Shown here piece after piece: positions 38,901 through 52,500 of a DNA stretch of 64,000 bases. This stretch comes from Amoebophrya sp. A120 (Eukaryota > Protista > Dinoflagellata): NCBI GenBank assembly GCA_905178155.1, contig CAJINV010000010.1, forward strand, positions 2,116,778 to 2,180,777. Direction: 5' to 3'. The position numbers were made by a program, and so were the translations under genes. The notes under the pieces are model-generated. The model worked only from the letters and a program-made list of their open reading frames with translations. It searched no databases and was not told where the DNA came from. Position 1 is the first letter of the stretch, and each line of letters starts with the position of its first letter.

Positions 38901-41900
38901 TGGAGGTGGACCTCCAGTATGGCGTTCTCAAACGTTACACTCTCAACTGTTACATGAATTTGTCATGCAAAATTGCCTTCAGAATCGACACGAGCACGAC
39001 ACCATCAAGCTGCTTCGCATGACAAATTCTCAGAGGGCCGAGCAGGCTGATAATGGGTGCCAAATCTGTCATGCAAGACGCGTAAGATCCCCCCTATCAC
39101 TTTTGCCATTCTTGCATCACAAATTCATGTAACAGTTGAGAATGTAACATTTGAGAACGCCATATCCAGCACCTGGGGGTTGCTGTGGTCCTCCAGGTGG
39201 TCCTGCTCCCATATGCGCCGGCGGCGGACCGCCCTGGTGACCGGGCGGTGCGAGCACCTGCGGGGGTCCACCGTGCTGCTGTTGCATCGGCTGCCCATGC
39301 GGGTGCTGCTGCTGGACAGGCGGGGGTCCGCCGTGGGGCGGCTGCATTGAACCAGGAGGCTGCTGACCCGGTTGCAGCGGCGGGCCGCCGGGAGCGCCGG
39401 GTGGAATGAACACGCCGGAAGGGGGTGGTTGGTGGCTATATGGCTGGTTGCGCGGATCGTCGCGAGGGTCCTGTGTGAAAGAAGTAGTTTTTGATGAATT
39501 TGTATTGCGCATGCGACTTCATCTGTGATGCATTTTGTCTTGCTCTTTTCCGTGCATGAAGCTACAGATTTTTCAGACTGACGTGCAAATTCGTTTTTTC
39601 CACACCACAAGCTTTGTTCAGCAACTTGAGTATAGATTCGGATTTCGGTCATCATAGGAAACTGAGAGGACGAGCTCCAAGTTTTGGACAGAAAAAGACT
39701 TTGAGTTTGACCCCTCCAGTTGCACCACCATGAAAAAGTAAGTGAAAGTTTCTATCTAAGTCTCAGCGATGTCTACTCAACATACCTGAAACGCGTAGGT
39801 GAGTTGCTCGAGCCAGATCGGTTTAGCGGCTTCCACCGCGTCAATGGTTGTCCCCGGGTCGCAGCACAACACCAAATGCAATCTCGTGCAGTTGTCCGTG
39901 GTGCCGAATCCCTTCATACCCCGCCCGGTCAGAATTGCGCGGTTGCAGCCAACCTTGGACTGGATCTCCTGCATTCGCACCGCCTTTTTCCCCATCAACT
40001 TTCCGATCAATTCGTCCTTGTATGTCCCCTCCTTTCCGCGCAAAACCCGCTCGGACTCGGACATGGTACACTGCAACTGGTCCGTCGCGATCTCATCGAC
40101 GCCGACGTGCAACGGTCGCTCCGACAGCTTCTGCACCGCGGCAAGCGCGTGCTGCTGGTTCGTGAACAGCACGTACGCCATGCCCTTACTTACATCGCCT
40201 CTGTCCGGGTTATGAAATCCAGAAATGTCCGGGTCTGGAAGAGTGTGAACCTGTCATGCAGGGTTTCCATGACCCTTGAGGTCTGGAATGCGGGACCTAG
40301 CATGACAGAGTCGGCGAAGTCTCTCTCATGCCTATTCTGCATGAGAAACTCCTTCCCAACTTGGTCGAAAGTGGACAGCTTTTGGCACTCATGCAACACA
40401 GACCTTTGCATGATTCGTATTTAGCATGACAAGTTGCAATCTTCCAGACCCAGACATTTTTGCAATCCGTATGGGTCCTTCAACAACAAAATCTCCGCGA
40501 CATCCGAAGCGCCGATGGCGCACAAACACTTCCACAAATATCGAGTGCAAAAGTGTCTGGGTCTGGACGAGTGTAAACTTGTCATGCAGATTTTCCATGG
40601 CCCATGAGGTCGGGAATGCGGGGCTTAGCATGACAGACTCTGCGAGGTCTCCTCCATGCCTATCCTGCATGAGAAACTCCCTCCCAGGGCCAGCTTTTGG
40701 CACTCATGCAACACAGATTTTTGTATGCTTCAGAATTACCATGACAAGTTACCACCCTCCAGACCCAGACATATTTGCAATTCATAACAAATCCCCCTCC
40801 GCGATGTCGGTCCGCATCCCGGACTATCCTGTGCGAAAGTATCGCACTCGTACTAATTGCGTTTATGCATTACCAATCTCTTTGTTAAGGAAAATCTGCA
40901 TTACAAATTTAATCTGTAATGCTAGGTCAATTTGTAATGCAATTCATACTAGTACGATACTTTTGCAGTTCATACGGACACGAAGACCTCCATCTCCTGC
41001 GGGTGGATTTCCAGCACCTGTTTGCGCGGGAACGGCATCTCGTCAATGTAGAGTTTGCGTTTTTCCTCGTTCTGCCGCCGGTTTTTGCCCCCACCGTAGT
41101 TATCGTGGTCCTTGTTGTAGTTCTTACCGCCCTTCCGGTCAAACCGGTCGTATTTGCCTTTCCCTTTATGACCACCGGAGTCTTTGTCGTAGTGGCTTTG
41201 GTAGTTGTTATTCCCACCTCCGGGTGGTCCTTTGCCGAAGTTATTGTTGTTTTTGTCGTTCATCTGGTTTGGCTGCTGTTGGTCTTGCTGGGGGGACGAC
41301 GCCGGCTGGGGGAGGTGTTGGTTTAGAAGCTGCTCAACTAAAGATTTGCCCCGTTCCACGGACTCGTGTGTGTTACCCTTGATGATGCAGGTGTACTCTG
41401 TTTTGGTTTTCGAAATTTTCTTATGGATAATTCGAATTTTGCATAAACACAACATGATCACGCGGTAGTTCTTGTTTAATGTAAATAAGGGCAAAACAGA
41501 TATAGAGGTTGCTGCTCACATTGCAGTTCCAGATCCAGTAGCAGTACAGTATAAAAAAATAGCCCTTTATTTTCATGTCGATGACAAGCTACTTCGATGA
41601 AAACAATAACAAATCAAGGCAAACATAAAACTCAAAAACCTCTACCATCCGTGTCGGTCCCCACCCGCACGATCGACAGTTCTGCGCCGCTGTCTTCCCC
41701 CAACTTCCGGATCGTGACGCTGTCTTCGCCGATAATCAGGTGCATTTATGCATTGCAAATATGTCTGGGTCTGGAAATAAAGTGTAACTTGTATTGCGTG
41801 TCCAGGATTCCACGAAAATCTGTGTTGCATAGAAGCAAGAAAAGCGCCACAATTTCGGCATGAAAGAACGCAGTTTGTAATGCGCACTAAGCATGAGCAA

Positions 41901-44100
41901 ACGTCAGAAAAATTTGTCATGCTACCCTCCTCTTGCAGGCGCAGTCACTCATGACCATTCAGCATTACAAGTTTCCAGACCACCCAGACATATTTTTATT
42001 TGCTTTCCATAGCATTTGCTGTTCGTTTATCGGGAAATGGCAGACGAACATGCCGTCCTCCTCCTGCTGGAAGATGGCGTTATGGATTGCAAATATGTCT
42101 GGGTCTGGAAGATTGCAACTTGTCATGCTAAATCCGAATCATGCAAAGATCTGTGTTGCATGAGTGCCAAAAGCTGCCCACTTTCGACCAAGCTGGGAGG
42201 GAATTTCTTATGCAGGATAGGCATGACAGAGACCTCGCGGAGTCTGTCATGCTAGGTCCCGCATTCCAGACCTCATGGGCCATGGAAAATCTGCATGACA
42301 AGTTTTCACTCTTCCAGACCCAGACATTTTTGCATTTGATACGCGTGCTGTTCCTGCATAATCGCCGCCGCCGTGCGGTCCATGGCACTAGACTGTTGTT
42401 GGTTTTGTTCGTTCATTTGCTGCTCCTTTCGCTTCTGTTCAACCACCGGTCGCAAAACCTCGTCCATCGCCGCGATGCCCCGCTCGATGTAGCTCATGTC
42501 GGAGGCCTCGAACACCACAATCTGGCTGACTCCCGGCTTCCCGCGTGCTTTGTCCACCTCAATGCGGCACCCAGATTCCGCTTGTAGCCGCCGAATGGTC
42601 TCGCCCTTGCTGCCAATCACCAAGCCAACCACGTCGGTGGGAACCTCTCGTTCGTGGCGGATAAGCTGCTGCACTTGCTGCTGCTGCTCTGGAGGGGGTG
42701 CTAGTACAACGCCGTTTGGCGCCGATCCCGGATGTTGCGGAGCCGCGGCAACTGCTCCTTGTAGTGGCTGGCCCGTCGCGGGGTCGACCGCAGCTACCGG
42801 GCTTCCTTGGGGGGGAGTGCCCTGCGGCGACCCTTGTGGCGGTGGATACTCGTGGCTGCCTTGCGGCGCGAGGGGCTGGTAGTTCGGGTTGCTGTCGTAG
42901 CTGCCTTTGTGGTCCTTCTTTCCTTTCTTCCCCTTGCCCTTAGCCACTGTTTTGTTTTTCATAGAGGGGAAAACATTTTTCCGAATGGAAAACTTGTACT
43001 AGTACCAACTGAACTAGACTCCATACCACAAAACCCTCGAATCATGTCCTCCTGAGTACCACAACACGTGGATGCACTCACGTTGCCGTCTGTGTTGATT
43101 CTCAGCGCCAATAAATTATCCAAAACTACTAAATAATCAATACTTCTGTTTGCCGCCTCGACTAAGATCTCTTCCACGGTCTGTTTTGCCCTCGCGACGT
43201 TTGCTGGTTCGCCGGTGATCTGCACAGCCCGGCTCGCCACCGGGTCCTCCTGGCCGTCCAGTAACCCGATTTCGATCTCGCACCCGGATTCCTGCTTCAC
43301 CCGCGCGATGGTCTCCCCTTGTCTGCCGATCAGCATGCCGATCGTCTCGGCCGCCGTGATTATTATCTCTGAGCCCTCCCTCGGGGTCAGAACCTTGTCC
43401 CCCCACTTGTTTTCGCCGCCCTTCGGTCGCCACTCCTTGTTGCCGTACTTGCCGTGGTCCTTTCCACCGTACCAGTCCTTTCCACCGTACCCGTATTTGT
43501 CGTGGCCAGAACCCTTGTAGCTGTGCTTCCCGCCTTTGCCATAGTAGCCGCCTTTGTTATCATGGTATGAACCACTGTTGTTGTTGTTCCCATCAGCACT
43601 GTTGCCGGCGCGGTTCGCCATCTCAGTTCGAACCATGTCGTCAATGATCTTTTTGGCGTGCGCAACCTGGTTTGGATTCGATTGTTTCCACAGAAGTTTG
43701 GATTCTAGTTCTATGGTCAACATGTAGAAATACAAGTAAACGTAGACCGACTCTGGCGAAGTTTTGCTGCAGGCTTGTCCTACGAGCGTCATGAAACTTT
43801 CTTCACCGCCGCCCATGTTCAAACGAGCACGAGGGTACGGAGAATCAGAACTGCATTCACAACGATGCAGGAACGAAAATATTATTCGAAGTAAAGTTGG
43901 AACTCTATCCAAGAAGTAAGTAACAGTAAGTACTTCTACTTAAGTACCTGTTCCGGCGTTCCATCGAGCACGGAGACCTGTTTCTGGTCGCCGACTAAGT
44001 TTTGATTTTGATCCTTTGCTATGTCGAGTTTCGCGCCCGTCTCATTGCATATCCGGTTAATCGTTTCTCCCCGCTTTCCGACAATCAGGCCTGCAGTTGG
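32964..44100 (-). CDS. Large RNA-binding protein with several KH domains, an RRM, Pro/Gln-rich tracts and a Tudor-like domain (may be more than one gene)
   Basis: GLIVGKRGETI, GMLIGRQGETI, GLVIGSKGETI, GLIIGTKGSTI; reconstructed RRM VFVSGM...KGMAYVLF; IGDLVEGNFKRQGKW|YVAKITG; 11 introners. Confidence 0.7.
36323..36543. mobile_element. Introner F9
   Basis: TATGAGAGTGCAYAAGAAC IR; TSD GATTT/GATTT. Confidence 0.85.
36595..36832. mobile_element. Introner F7
   Basis: TSD TCCTG/TCCTG. Confidence 0.85.
36976..37146. mobile_element. Introner F4
   Basis: TSD TCCAC/TCCAC. Confidence 0.85.
37373..37680. mobile_element. Introner F5
   Basis: TSD CGCAA/GGCAA. Confidence 0.85.
38598..38859. mobile_element. 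Introner F1
   Basis: TSD TGGTG/TGGTG. Confidence 0.9.
38918..39164. mobile_element. Introner F7
   Basis: ~35-bp IR; TSD TCCAG/TCCAG. Confidence 0.9.
40211..40471. mobile_element. Introner F1
   Basis: TSD CGGGT/TGGGT; one end GTA instead of ATA. Confidence 0.85.
40539..40786. mobile_element. Introner F1
   Basis: TSD ACAAA/ACAAA. Confidence 0.9.
40825..40974. mobile_element. Introner F2
   Basis: TSD CGGAC/CGGAC. Confidence 0.9.
41747..42011. mobile_element. Introner F1
   Basis: TSD GCATT/GCATT. Confidence 0.85.
42081..42341. mobile_element. Introner F1
   Basis: TSD GGCGT/CGCGT. Confidence 0.9.
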
Positions 44101-45590
44101 TTTTTTGGAGGAAAAAAATGTCTATTTTTCAATGCAATTTCTCCCTGTCGTTTATTCGGCTCCTGGTGCTGCGATTGGTGAAACTTCTTGCCTTGTTTTG
44201 GGTGAATGATGAGAGGTGAAGATAGGAGGGAGTGTTGCTGGCCAACAAGCGACTTCAAAATGTCTACGGATCTTTTTAACCACGTGATGTAGATCATCGT
44301 AACATAGGCATTTAGATTTACTGCACCATCAAATATAGAATGACGACGACGCGAAAGAGCACGACAACAGATTTCAGTTTGACCGAGAGCGAAGCCGAAG
44401 GCGAGACGAAACACAAATTTTTGCCAGAAGCACTACGCGACCGATGAACTTTACGACAATTTCGCATCAAGTGCTGCAGCCGTAGCCGCAGGGTCGCCAC
44501 AAAACGACAAGAATGCGCCAAGTATTGAATAATCCCGACGAGGAGCGGTCGTTTGAGGTTTGTGTACCACCCCACACAGCTCCTGAACGGGCGCACACTT
44601 CAGCAGCCGTTCTGGTAAGGTTAAGAAACAAAAATAATCCCACGACGCGAAAGATCCGAGTTATATTTTGAAAAAGGAACGGATCACGAGGATCTCTTCA
44701 GATTTATGTAGATGCTTAATATTTGCGAGCAGCGCCGCTGTCTTGCCCATGTTTCGCCGTCCGCCGCTCCGCTGTTGTCAAAATTTGTGGGCAAGTAGAT
44801 GCTGGCTTCATGCTGCGATGAGCTGATAACTCTCTGTCTGATAAAAGTCAAGCGCATATGTTCGTTCTTGTCCATCCAAGAAAGGCGTGTGATTCCAAAC
44901 GTCCATAAGCATTCTTTCTTCCATCATACAGTGCAGCAAATCAGCACGGGCATTGCATCGATCCTGTTCCATTTCAAGTTCTGTTCCTGTTCCCCCATGA
45001 CAACGCAATGTCTCAAAACCAGAAGTGTGTTCATCTTCATCTCTTTATTCGCATGAAAAATCAGGAGCAGCATAGTTTCAGTCAGTTTTCTCGCAAGAGT
45101 CACGCAGGTTGCCATCAGCTGCTTTCACATTCGCCACCAACAGTGCATGGTGTATTCAACACATTGGAAAGGACAAAAATGCTGGTTGCAAAAGGCAAAT
45201 TTTGTGGTGCCGCCCGCAATAAGGAATTTCGTAAAAAGGACTCAACAAACTTCTTGTTTCGTTTTTTGGAATACAAATTTATCTGTAGAATGGGGATCAC
45301 GATCAGATTTTATTTTTTGCGCGCTAAATTAAAATTGTCATTTTTCGCGGACCAACACGATTCGCCCTCACTTTCACATCAACAAACAGAGGCAGAAAAG
45401 CTTCCCAACCAGCCGCGCCATCGACCGCTACTTATCAGTGGGTCCGAAGAAGTTGATGTGCCTTAGGGAAGAAAAAAGAATTGCATTGCTCAGTATAGAT
45501 GCGAAACATCGAATCATGAAGTCATCACGAGCATTGGAACAAAGAGTTCTACAACTTCTACTTCAAGAACCAGTTTAACATTCCAAGAAT

Positions 45591-46641
45591 CTATCGTATT
45601 TTTATACCTGCCATGCTTGCCGGGATCAAAATCGGGCTGGGCATGCCCGCCTCTCCACTCGCGGGCATTAAATTGCTGTACGGCGCCATTGTTGCACTTC
45701 CGCCAACAGTCGCTGCCGTTGGTGCTGCGGCTGCTGAACCTGCAGCGGCTTGCTGTCCCTGTCCACCCGCTACCTGTCCCGCTGCGGCTCCTGGGGCAGC
45801 TGCACCAGCGCCACCTTCTGCCGCCCCCCCTTGAAGACCACCCGCAGCCGGACCTCCTGCAAAGGGCGTTGGCGGTGGTGGGTAGGCGATTCCGAAGGCT
45901 TGGAGATTTTGGATCATCGTCTGGGTCGCGTATTTCGGGACGTGATTGGAGTTTTCGTTGATCTGATTTGCGTTGTTCACGTCCACAATGGGGACCACGG
46001 GTAGGACATTCCCGCTGCTGTCGCACAGGAGTTCATCCCCAACGGGGACATTCCCGGGTTCGTAAAACACGCAGTAATCGCCGGAATAGTGGCCGTCGTC
46101 CTGGGATTTCGGCCGGCGAAAGGCAACCATCCCGTGCTGCGGAACCAGGCAGAGGGGAGCGCCCTTGCCGAGTTTGTGCTCGTTGACATAGGTCCCGAAA
46201 GTCGCATTGTCCTTCACAAACAGGTGCTTCTTCAAAGCGTTGTTCTGGGACGGAGACCTGTAGTGATGATGTTGGGTGCGATTTGTGATAGTACTACGTG
46301 GATATCGAGGTCTACACTAGTGTTGTCGTTGTGTGATACGCGATATCCAAAACATTCTGAATTTCATTCAGATGAACAACATGAAAATTATGCGACTACT
46401 TGATGCATTAGCAGTGTGGCATGAGCATGACCATAACGAAAAAACTTGTACAAAATAACTACCTTGTAAAGTGCAACTCCAAGCTGCAATGCTGCTTCGA
46501 AATGGTTTTATCCTCTGCATGAAGGGTGTTTTCTGCTGTTCTGCCGACGGTGACTGGTGGCGCGCCATCCCGTACCTGAAAGTCAGGCAGCAGCGCGTCA
46601 AGCGCATACGGCTGCTTGACCAGCCGGCAGACGACCGCCAT
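45591..46641 (-). CDS. FHA-domain protein (3' end uncertain)
   Basis: VTVGR...ISKQHCSL...FVKDNATFGTYVN across one GT-AG intron. Confidence 0.75.
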
Positions 46642-47580
46642 AGTACCTCCTGCTGATGTTCTCTTTTCTTGCTTTCGATTCGATCAGACAAAATGATCGA
46701 CGTAGATCAGAAAGCAAGAGAGGGAAAGATACGCAGTAGTACCATGGTGTTCTTTCGTACAACCAAATCGAAGAAGATTCGTGGCAGCGGCAATCAACAA
46801 GACTACTAGTTGTACACTTGGCGTATAGATACTTCTGTTACTTTTGCACTAGTTCAAAATTGTCAATCTTAATTGATACTCCAAGATGATGTTGAATATA
46901 CGATCGAAACAGTCGCTATGTTCGCCTACTTGTTGGCACGAAATGGGAAACAAAAATCTTTAGCCGAGATGAAAAAGGTTGCTTTGGGCGGGAAAGAAAA
47001 GGGACGATCTAAAAAAGGTTGCTAGTATGTGAAAAGGTCCGCTGTGAATTTGATGTGAAAAAAGGTACAAAATCTTGTCTTCTGGAATCAATTTGATGAT
47101 AAAAAAGGTCCGCTGATCTTTCCTTCTAAATGTGAAACGCGCGGTCGCGACCACACGATCATAGATGATACCGCGTGTAGCAGTTTTTCGTGCGTTGTCT
47201 CGAAAAAGAAGCTTGAAAATCATGGATCGTGAGAGAGCATTCAAAAAGGTCGTTCAAAATTTTGCTGCGACATCAAATAAGCCATCTCGGGCACTCTTTA
47301 TTGCGACCATCTTCAATCGGAACAATATAAATTATTTAACGCGCTAAGAAACTTCTCATTTTGGGAACACGGTTTTGCTGCACGACTTCAGGCATTTTTG
47401 AATTTCTTTTTGCTGGTATAAGTCCTTCCCTAGGCCACACGACCATCAAGGGGGGCGTGTCAGTGTAATTTGGAGAAGAGTTTGCATTTCGATCACACAG
47501 GTGCTGGTAGTTGCAATGTTTATGCTAGTCCACCAGAACTGCTTAATAGAGATAGACCACCCTTCTATAATTCACTTAGA

Positions 47581-48690
47581 TCAAAACTTTCCGAACTGGG
47601 ACCAATGCTGTGCCTGGGAGTGCCAGCCGTGATCTCTTTCCTTTTGTGTCCTTTGTTTTTCCTCTACATTTTCTTTCGCTCGATCTAAAAGTGCTAGTTT
47701 GCTGTCCATTGCATTTTGTGCATCAACAGTCGCAGCTGTCAGGCGAGTTGTTGTACTATAGCTCATCTGCGCATTTGTAATTGTTCCCGCCACACCGCCC
47801 GCCCAGACGAACTCAACTTTGCAATTCACATCTTCTGGCATCGAGCCTAAGCACGCTGACAAAACCGGCCGTATCTCGCTCTTGCCTACATGGTAGAAGG
47901 AGAATTCGTAACGCCAGTCGTGGAAAACATAGTTCCGAATTGACGTCTTGTACCGAAACGGCGCGCGAAGGTAGGTAATGCGCCAAGCTCTCCTTTGGAG
48001 CCGGCGCGGGCGGTAGCAGAGAAGTTTTGAACGATTTTGGAGATTCTGGTGATCCTCTACTTCAGGCGTAGCGGTGTCATCGCTTTGATGGGGTTGTTGA
48101 CTTTGGAAGCAGGCGGAAGAGGGATCTTCAGAATTGGCGTTCTTTGCTCCAGAAGATCCTGAGTTCTTTTCGTGCACTCCATGTAGAAGTGCCTCGTCCC
48201 CCCGTTGGCTCGGTGTTCTCGAATGATTCTCATCTTGTAGCGCGCCTGACGAAGATGAAGTAGAATGGGCAGCAGAGCTCCTAGTACTGCCGCTGTTACT
48301 ACTGCTGCTGCTGGACGACGATGGCGCTGTACTACAGTCCCCAGCGCTGGCCAGAAAAGGCGGTGGTAGAGTACCACTAGACACACCTACAGCATTCGGA
48401 TTCATGTAGTCCCGCAAGCCCAGCCCGCTGGACACAGGTGCAGCCACTTTGGAAGTCGCGTAGTAGGGGTGCAGAGTGTTTGACAAATTGTTCACGCATT
48501 GCTGCAACCGCGGGCGCAGTTTAGAAACGAATGTCACGCGGAGCTTGTACAGCTGGTAAAAATCCGCCATGATTTTTGTGTGCTTAAACGCTGCTACTAA
48601 CGGGAAAGCAGAAGAGATGCAAGCCAAAACAGCACGGTGTAGAGAGCCAACGAAGTGGAAGATAATATCTCCTGACAGACTGCCAATCAA
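47581..48690 (-). CDS. Possible mitochondrial ribosomal protein uS10m-like
   Basis: 369-aa ORF; RITYLRAPFRYKTSIRNY resembles the uS10 TVLRSPxxxKxSxE motif; low-complexity insert. Confidence 0.45.
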   Translation of the reverse strand: MIGSLSGDIIFHFVGSLHRAVLACISSAFPLVAAFKHTKIMADFYQLYKLRVTFVSKLRPRLQQCVNNLSNTLHPYYATSKVAAPVSSGLGLRDYMNPNAVGVSSGTLPPPFLASAGDCSTAPSSSSSSSSNSGSTRSSAAHSTSSSSGALQDENHSRTPSQRGDEALLHGVHEKNSGSSGAKNANSEDPSSACFQSQQPHQSDDTATPEVEDHQNLQNRSKLLCYRPRRLQRRAWRITYLRAPFRYKTSIRNYVFHDWRYEFSFYHVGKSEIRPVLSACLGSMPEDVNCKVEFVWAGGVAGTITNAQMSYSTTTRLTAATVDAQNAMDSKLALLDRAKENVEEKQRTQKERDHGWHSQAQHWSQFGKF

Positions 48691-49583
48691 TTCTTGAAGA
48701 CGAAACTGTATTAACTGAACTACAAAAGAAAAAGAAAGTACTACTGAAAAAAAGACACTAAAACGACCTCTCTCTCAGCGGCTGATGGGAAGACGAAACG
48801 ACACGCGAACAGGTCAACCGCGGCGAACGAGGAAAAGCCGAATTTGGATTCATTCGCGGCTCAAAGCACGGCGGAGGTGCAGTGACGACGAGAAGTGGCT
48901 CTTCTGCGTCAACGACATGCTCGTAAATTTATCAGTACACAGTTGCACATTCAATATTATGCGTAGTAACACTACATGTGATGCGTAGTTAGGTCGTTTG
49001 GGATTATCATGCGCGTTTTGGTTCATCATGCCATGTCCCGAAAATTACTAAAAGCGGCCAAGGAAGGTGAAACTCATTTATTAAATGAAAATCTGCGATG
49101 CGAGAACTCAAAAAAGCTTAAGCGAAAAGAAGTAAAAAAAACAAATACAAAGCTTGACTTTTTACTTCGGTGAGAGTGGTTCTTCCGGTCCAAAACTGGC
49201 AACTTTTCCTCCGATACAGTTTTCATTTATCAATCGATTGTGCTGGCGCGGGTAGTAAAAGTACTTAACACGTGTGTGGTCATAATTCGTATTCTGCAAG
49301 CGCCCTGATTGTAGTGGCTAATAGCAATTGCATTTGCAATGAAGAGCCGGGAGCGTAGAAAATCAGTCTCATGGCACACGACCCGCACGAGAGCAGCCAG
49401 GATAAAAATGTACAACTGCGGGCCGGGAGTAGTAAAGTCATCTGTCGCTTGTTACATACTTACTAGGATGGGTATACAAGAAATTTCGTGGTCTTTATGT
49501 GTCTTCGTCATTCAAAATTACCTTCAATTCGACAGAACGAGACCGTCCTATTTCACTTATAATACCTGATGCCTCACTCCTAA

Positions 49584-52500
49584 TCAACTCGTGTGAATGA
49601 AGCAGGCGTCCACCAAGTAGACGGCGTACAGGCCGAAAAAGAGGTATCCCATCCACGGTTGTAGCCCGTAGTCATTCCCGACCGCGAGCATCACCAGTAG
49701 CAACCACGTGCCCCCCATCCACACGACGCCGTCCATGATCCCTGGCGTGGCCATGGGGATGGCGTTATTCTCCGCGAAAAAAGTTTTCACGACCCAGGGC
49801 AGCGCCAGTGCGAGGAATATGCATTGCAAAAGTATCGTACTAGTAGAAATCGCATTACAAATTCGGTCAGCATGACAAATGAAATTTGTCATGCTGTTTT
49901 ACCTTGGTATGGAGATTTGTAATGCATGACTGCGATTACTACGAGTACGATACTTTTGCACAGGATAAGGAACACGTTCTGCACATTCGACCCGAGGGCG
50001 TTCGCCACCGCCATATATTACAATGAAAAATGCCCCCTCCCCATATCAAAACGGAAATCTGTGATGCAGATTTGTGGTCACAAATCAGCTTTGTGATGCT
50101 AGAAGGGAAGAAATGCGGATTGTAGTGCTGGCTGGCGCAGGGACGCCTTGCGTCTTCAGCATGACAGGAAGCAACTGGAAACGGGAAATAGCATGACAAA
50201 TTGCCTCCAAACTAGGGAGCAACTGCGTCTCTTGGCCTTCTAGCAATACACAACGATTTGTGTACTCAAATACAGCAACACAAATTTCGTTTGTGATATG
50301 GGGATGGGGGATTTTTCCTTTTGATACCATAGAACTCTTGCCCTCTTTTGCCGTGATGTAGCTCGCCCAGAGATTCGGAAACGAGGTGCCCGCGGCGCAG
50401 AGCGTCACACCCAGAATGGCCTGGGTGATGTGGAATTGGATGTTGATGATGTCCGCGACCGTGACCATGACATAGGAAAACACCGCGAGCCAGCACATGG
50501 AGATGGTGAAGGCAACGAGCCAAAGGGGCTTGGTCTTCGGGTTTTTCGGGTCACACCACCGCATCGTGGATTCAAGGAGAAAGTTCACGGGGAGGGCTGT
50601 TTTATGTTTTGTCGCGTCATAATTTTCTTCATCATACGCAAGGCAAGTTTCGGTTTCGCATTCGCCGAACTGATAATTACAACTGCGGCTTGTGCAACAC
50701 GGATTTCAAAAATGCATCTTGTACCACCTGTGCGTAGGATTTAACTTGGCGTAAAATATAATGAAATTATAATTATTGCTCAGAGATTTACTTTTCATTA
50801 CCTGCCGCCAGGTACACTTTCTGCGAAGTCGGCACCCCGGCACTGCAGATTTGCGACACCGTCCCCGTGACCGAGAACTTTGGTGAGGACAAGTGTTGCT
50901 GCGTTCTTTTATCCCGCGCTTTTTCCATCAGATCCAACACCTGGCCCAAAACGGCTTCGGAGGAGAAGCTGACAAAATAGGAGATTGAGTCATCGTTTTT
51001 GTCCCGGAAGCTGATCTGCGTCGGACCCTCGAGTTGTGTTGTGCAGAGAGTGTCGCGGAAGTAAAGTTTTCTGTTCTGCGGCTTGGTAAAATTATTTGCG
51101 GCTGTTCTGGTAGTGGTTGTTGAAGAAGATGTTCCTTTGCACGGCGAGGCATAATTATTCAATATCGAAGCATCCTTCGTCTTGATGTTCTTCGTGGTTC
51201 CGCACTTCATCTTGTTCGAAGTAAACAAATCGTTGTCGCCATGACAGCTGTCCTTCGCTGTAGTGGACCTATCCGACATGTCCTCGCTACTGGTCAACAA
51301 AGGCGCCGCTAGCCCCGCGGAGGAAAGCGCATTCAGTGTGGCGGCCGACACTGTTTGATTCAGAATAGTGAAATTCGGATTTTAGTTCTCAATATGATGG
51401 TCAGCACCCACTACCATTGCACGACACGTTCCCTGCCATAATGCGCGTCATATCTTTAGCATTGTAAAAAATGAAAATCAAAATCAATCCGTCGCTATAG
51501 ATACCTTCCTTCTGTCCCCTGCCTGGAGCGCAGCAAGGCGAGCTGCTTTTATTCGCGCCCGTCATCTCGACCGCGCAAGACAAGGCACCACTGCCGATTA
51601 AACTGCTCGAGCCCGAGGCTTTATTTCCGCCAGCTCTTGTGTAATTATTTTCGAAAACATCAAGCCCCTCCGCGACAAAGTAGCTTGCGTGGATCTCCAG
51701 CTTGTGACTTCTGGCGGTGGTCCGGCCCTCCAGTTGCGAAGTTCTCTGCACACTGATGGTCGCTTTCTCGTCCATCGGGACGAACGGGCAGTCAGAAGAC
51801 CACTCGAGATCTAGTATTGTTGGGATTCAGAAGATTTGTGTCGGAGGTTGGATTTGGAACATACATCGATATTTATCTTGTTCAAGACCACTATGCAATC
51901 TGAAACTGAAATTTTCCTTTTCACGACCACCGGATGAGAAAATTATACAGCTTAAGACTGTTTATAAGAAAATCCAAATACCTTCCTCATCTCCGCCTGT
52001 GTTGATGCCCGCGACCCCCTCTTCGCCCGAGCTACAAATAAACCCGTTTTTCTCGCCACTCCTTACTCCAAAATACACCAAAACCCGGTTTGTGTACCCG
52101 ACCGCGCAGCCGAAGAACCCCGCGAAGGTGAGCAGGACCAGAGACTCGTATGGATTGCAAATATGTCTGGGTCTGGAAACTTGTAATGCTGAATGGTCAT
52201 GATTGACTGTGCCCTTAAGTTGTGCAGTGCAGCATGACAAATCTTTCAAACGCTCTGTCATGCGCAAGACGCATTACAAACTGCGTTTTTGCATGACGAA
52301 AGTGTGGTGCATTATTTGCTGCATAATACAGGTTTTTTAGGAATGCGAAACACGCAATACAGGCTCAACCTTTCCAGATCCGGACATATTTGCAGTTGAT
52401 AACTCGTACAGTGTGACCACCCCATCTTGCAAAACCCAGTACAGCAGTCCAATCGACAGCAGGTAGAAAAAGCAGTCCCGCAAGAAGGGCCACTTGTCCA

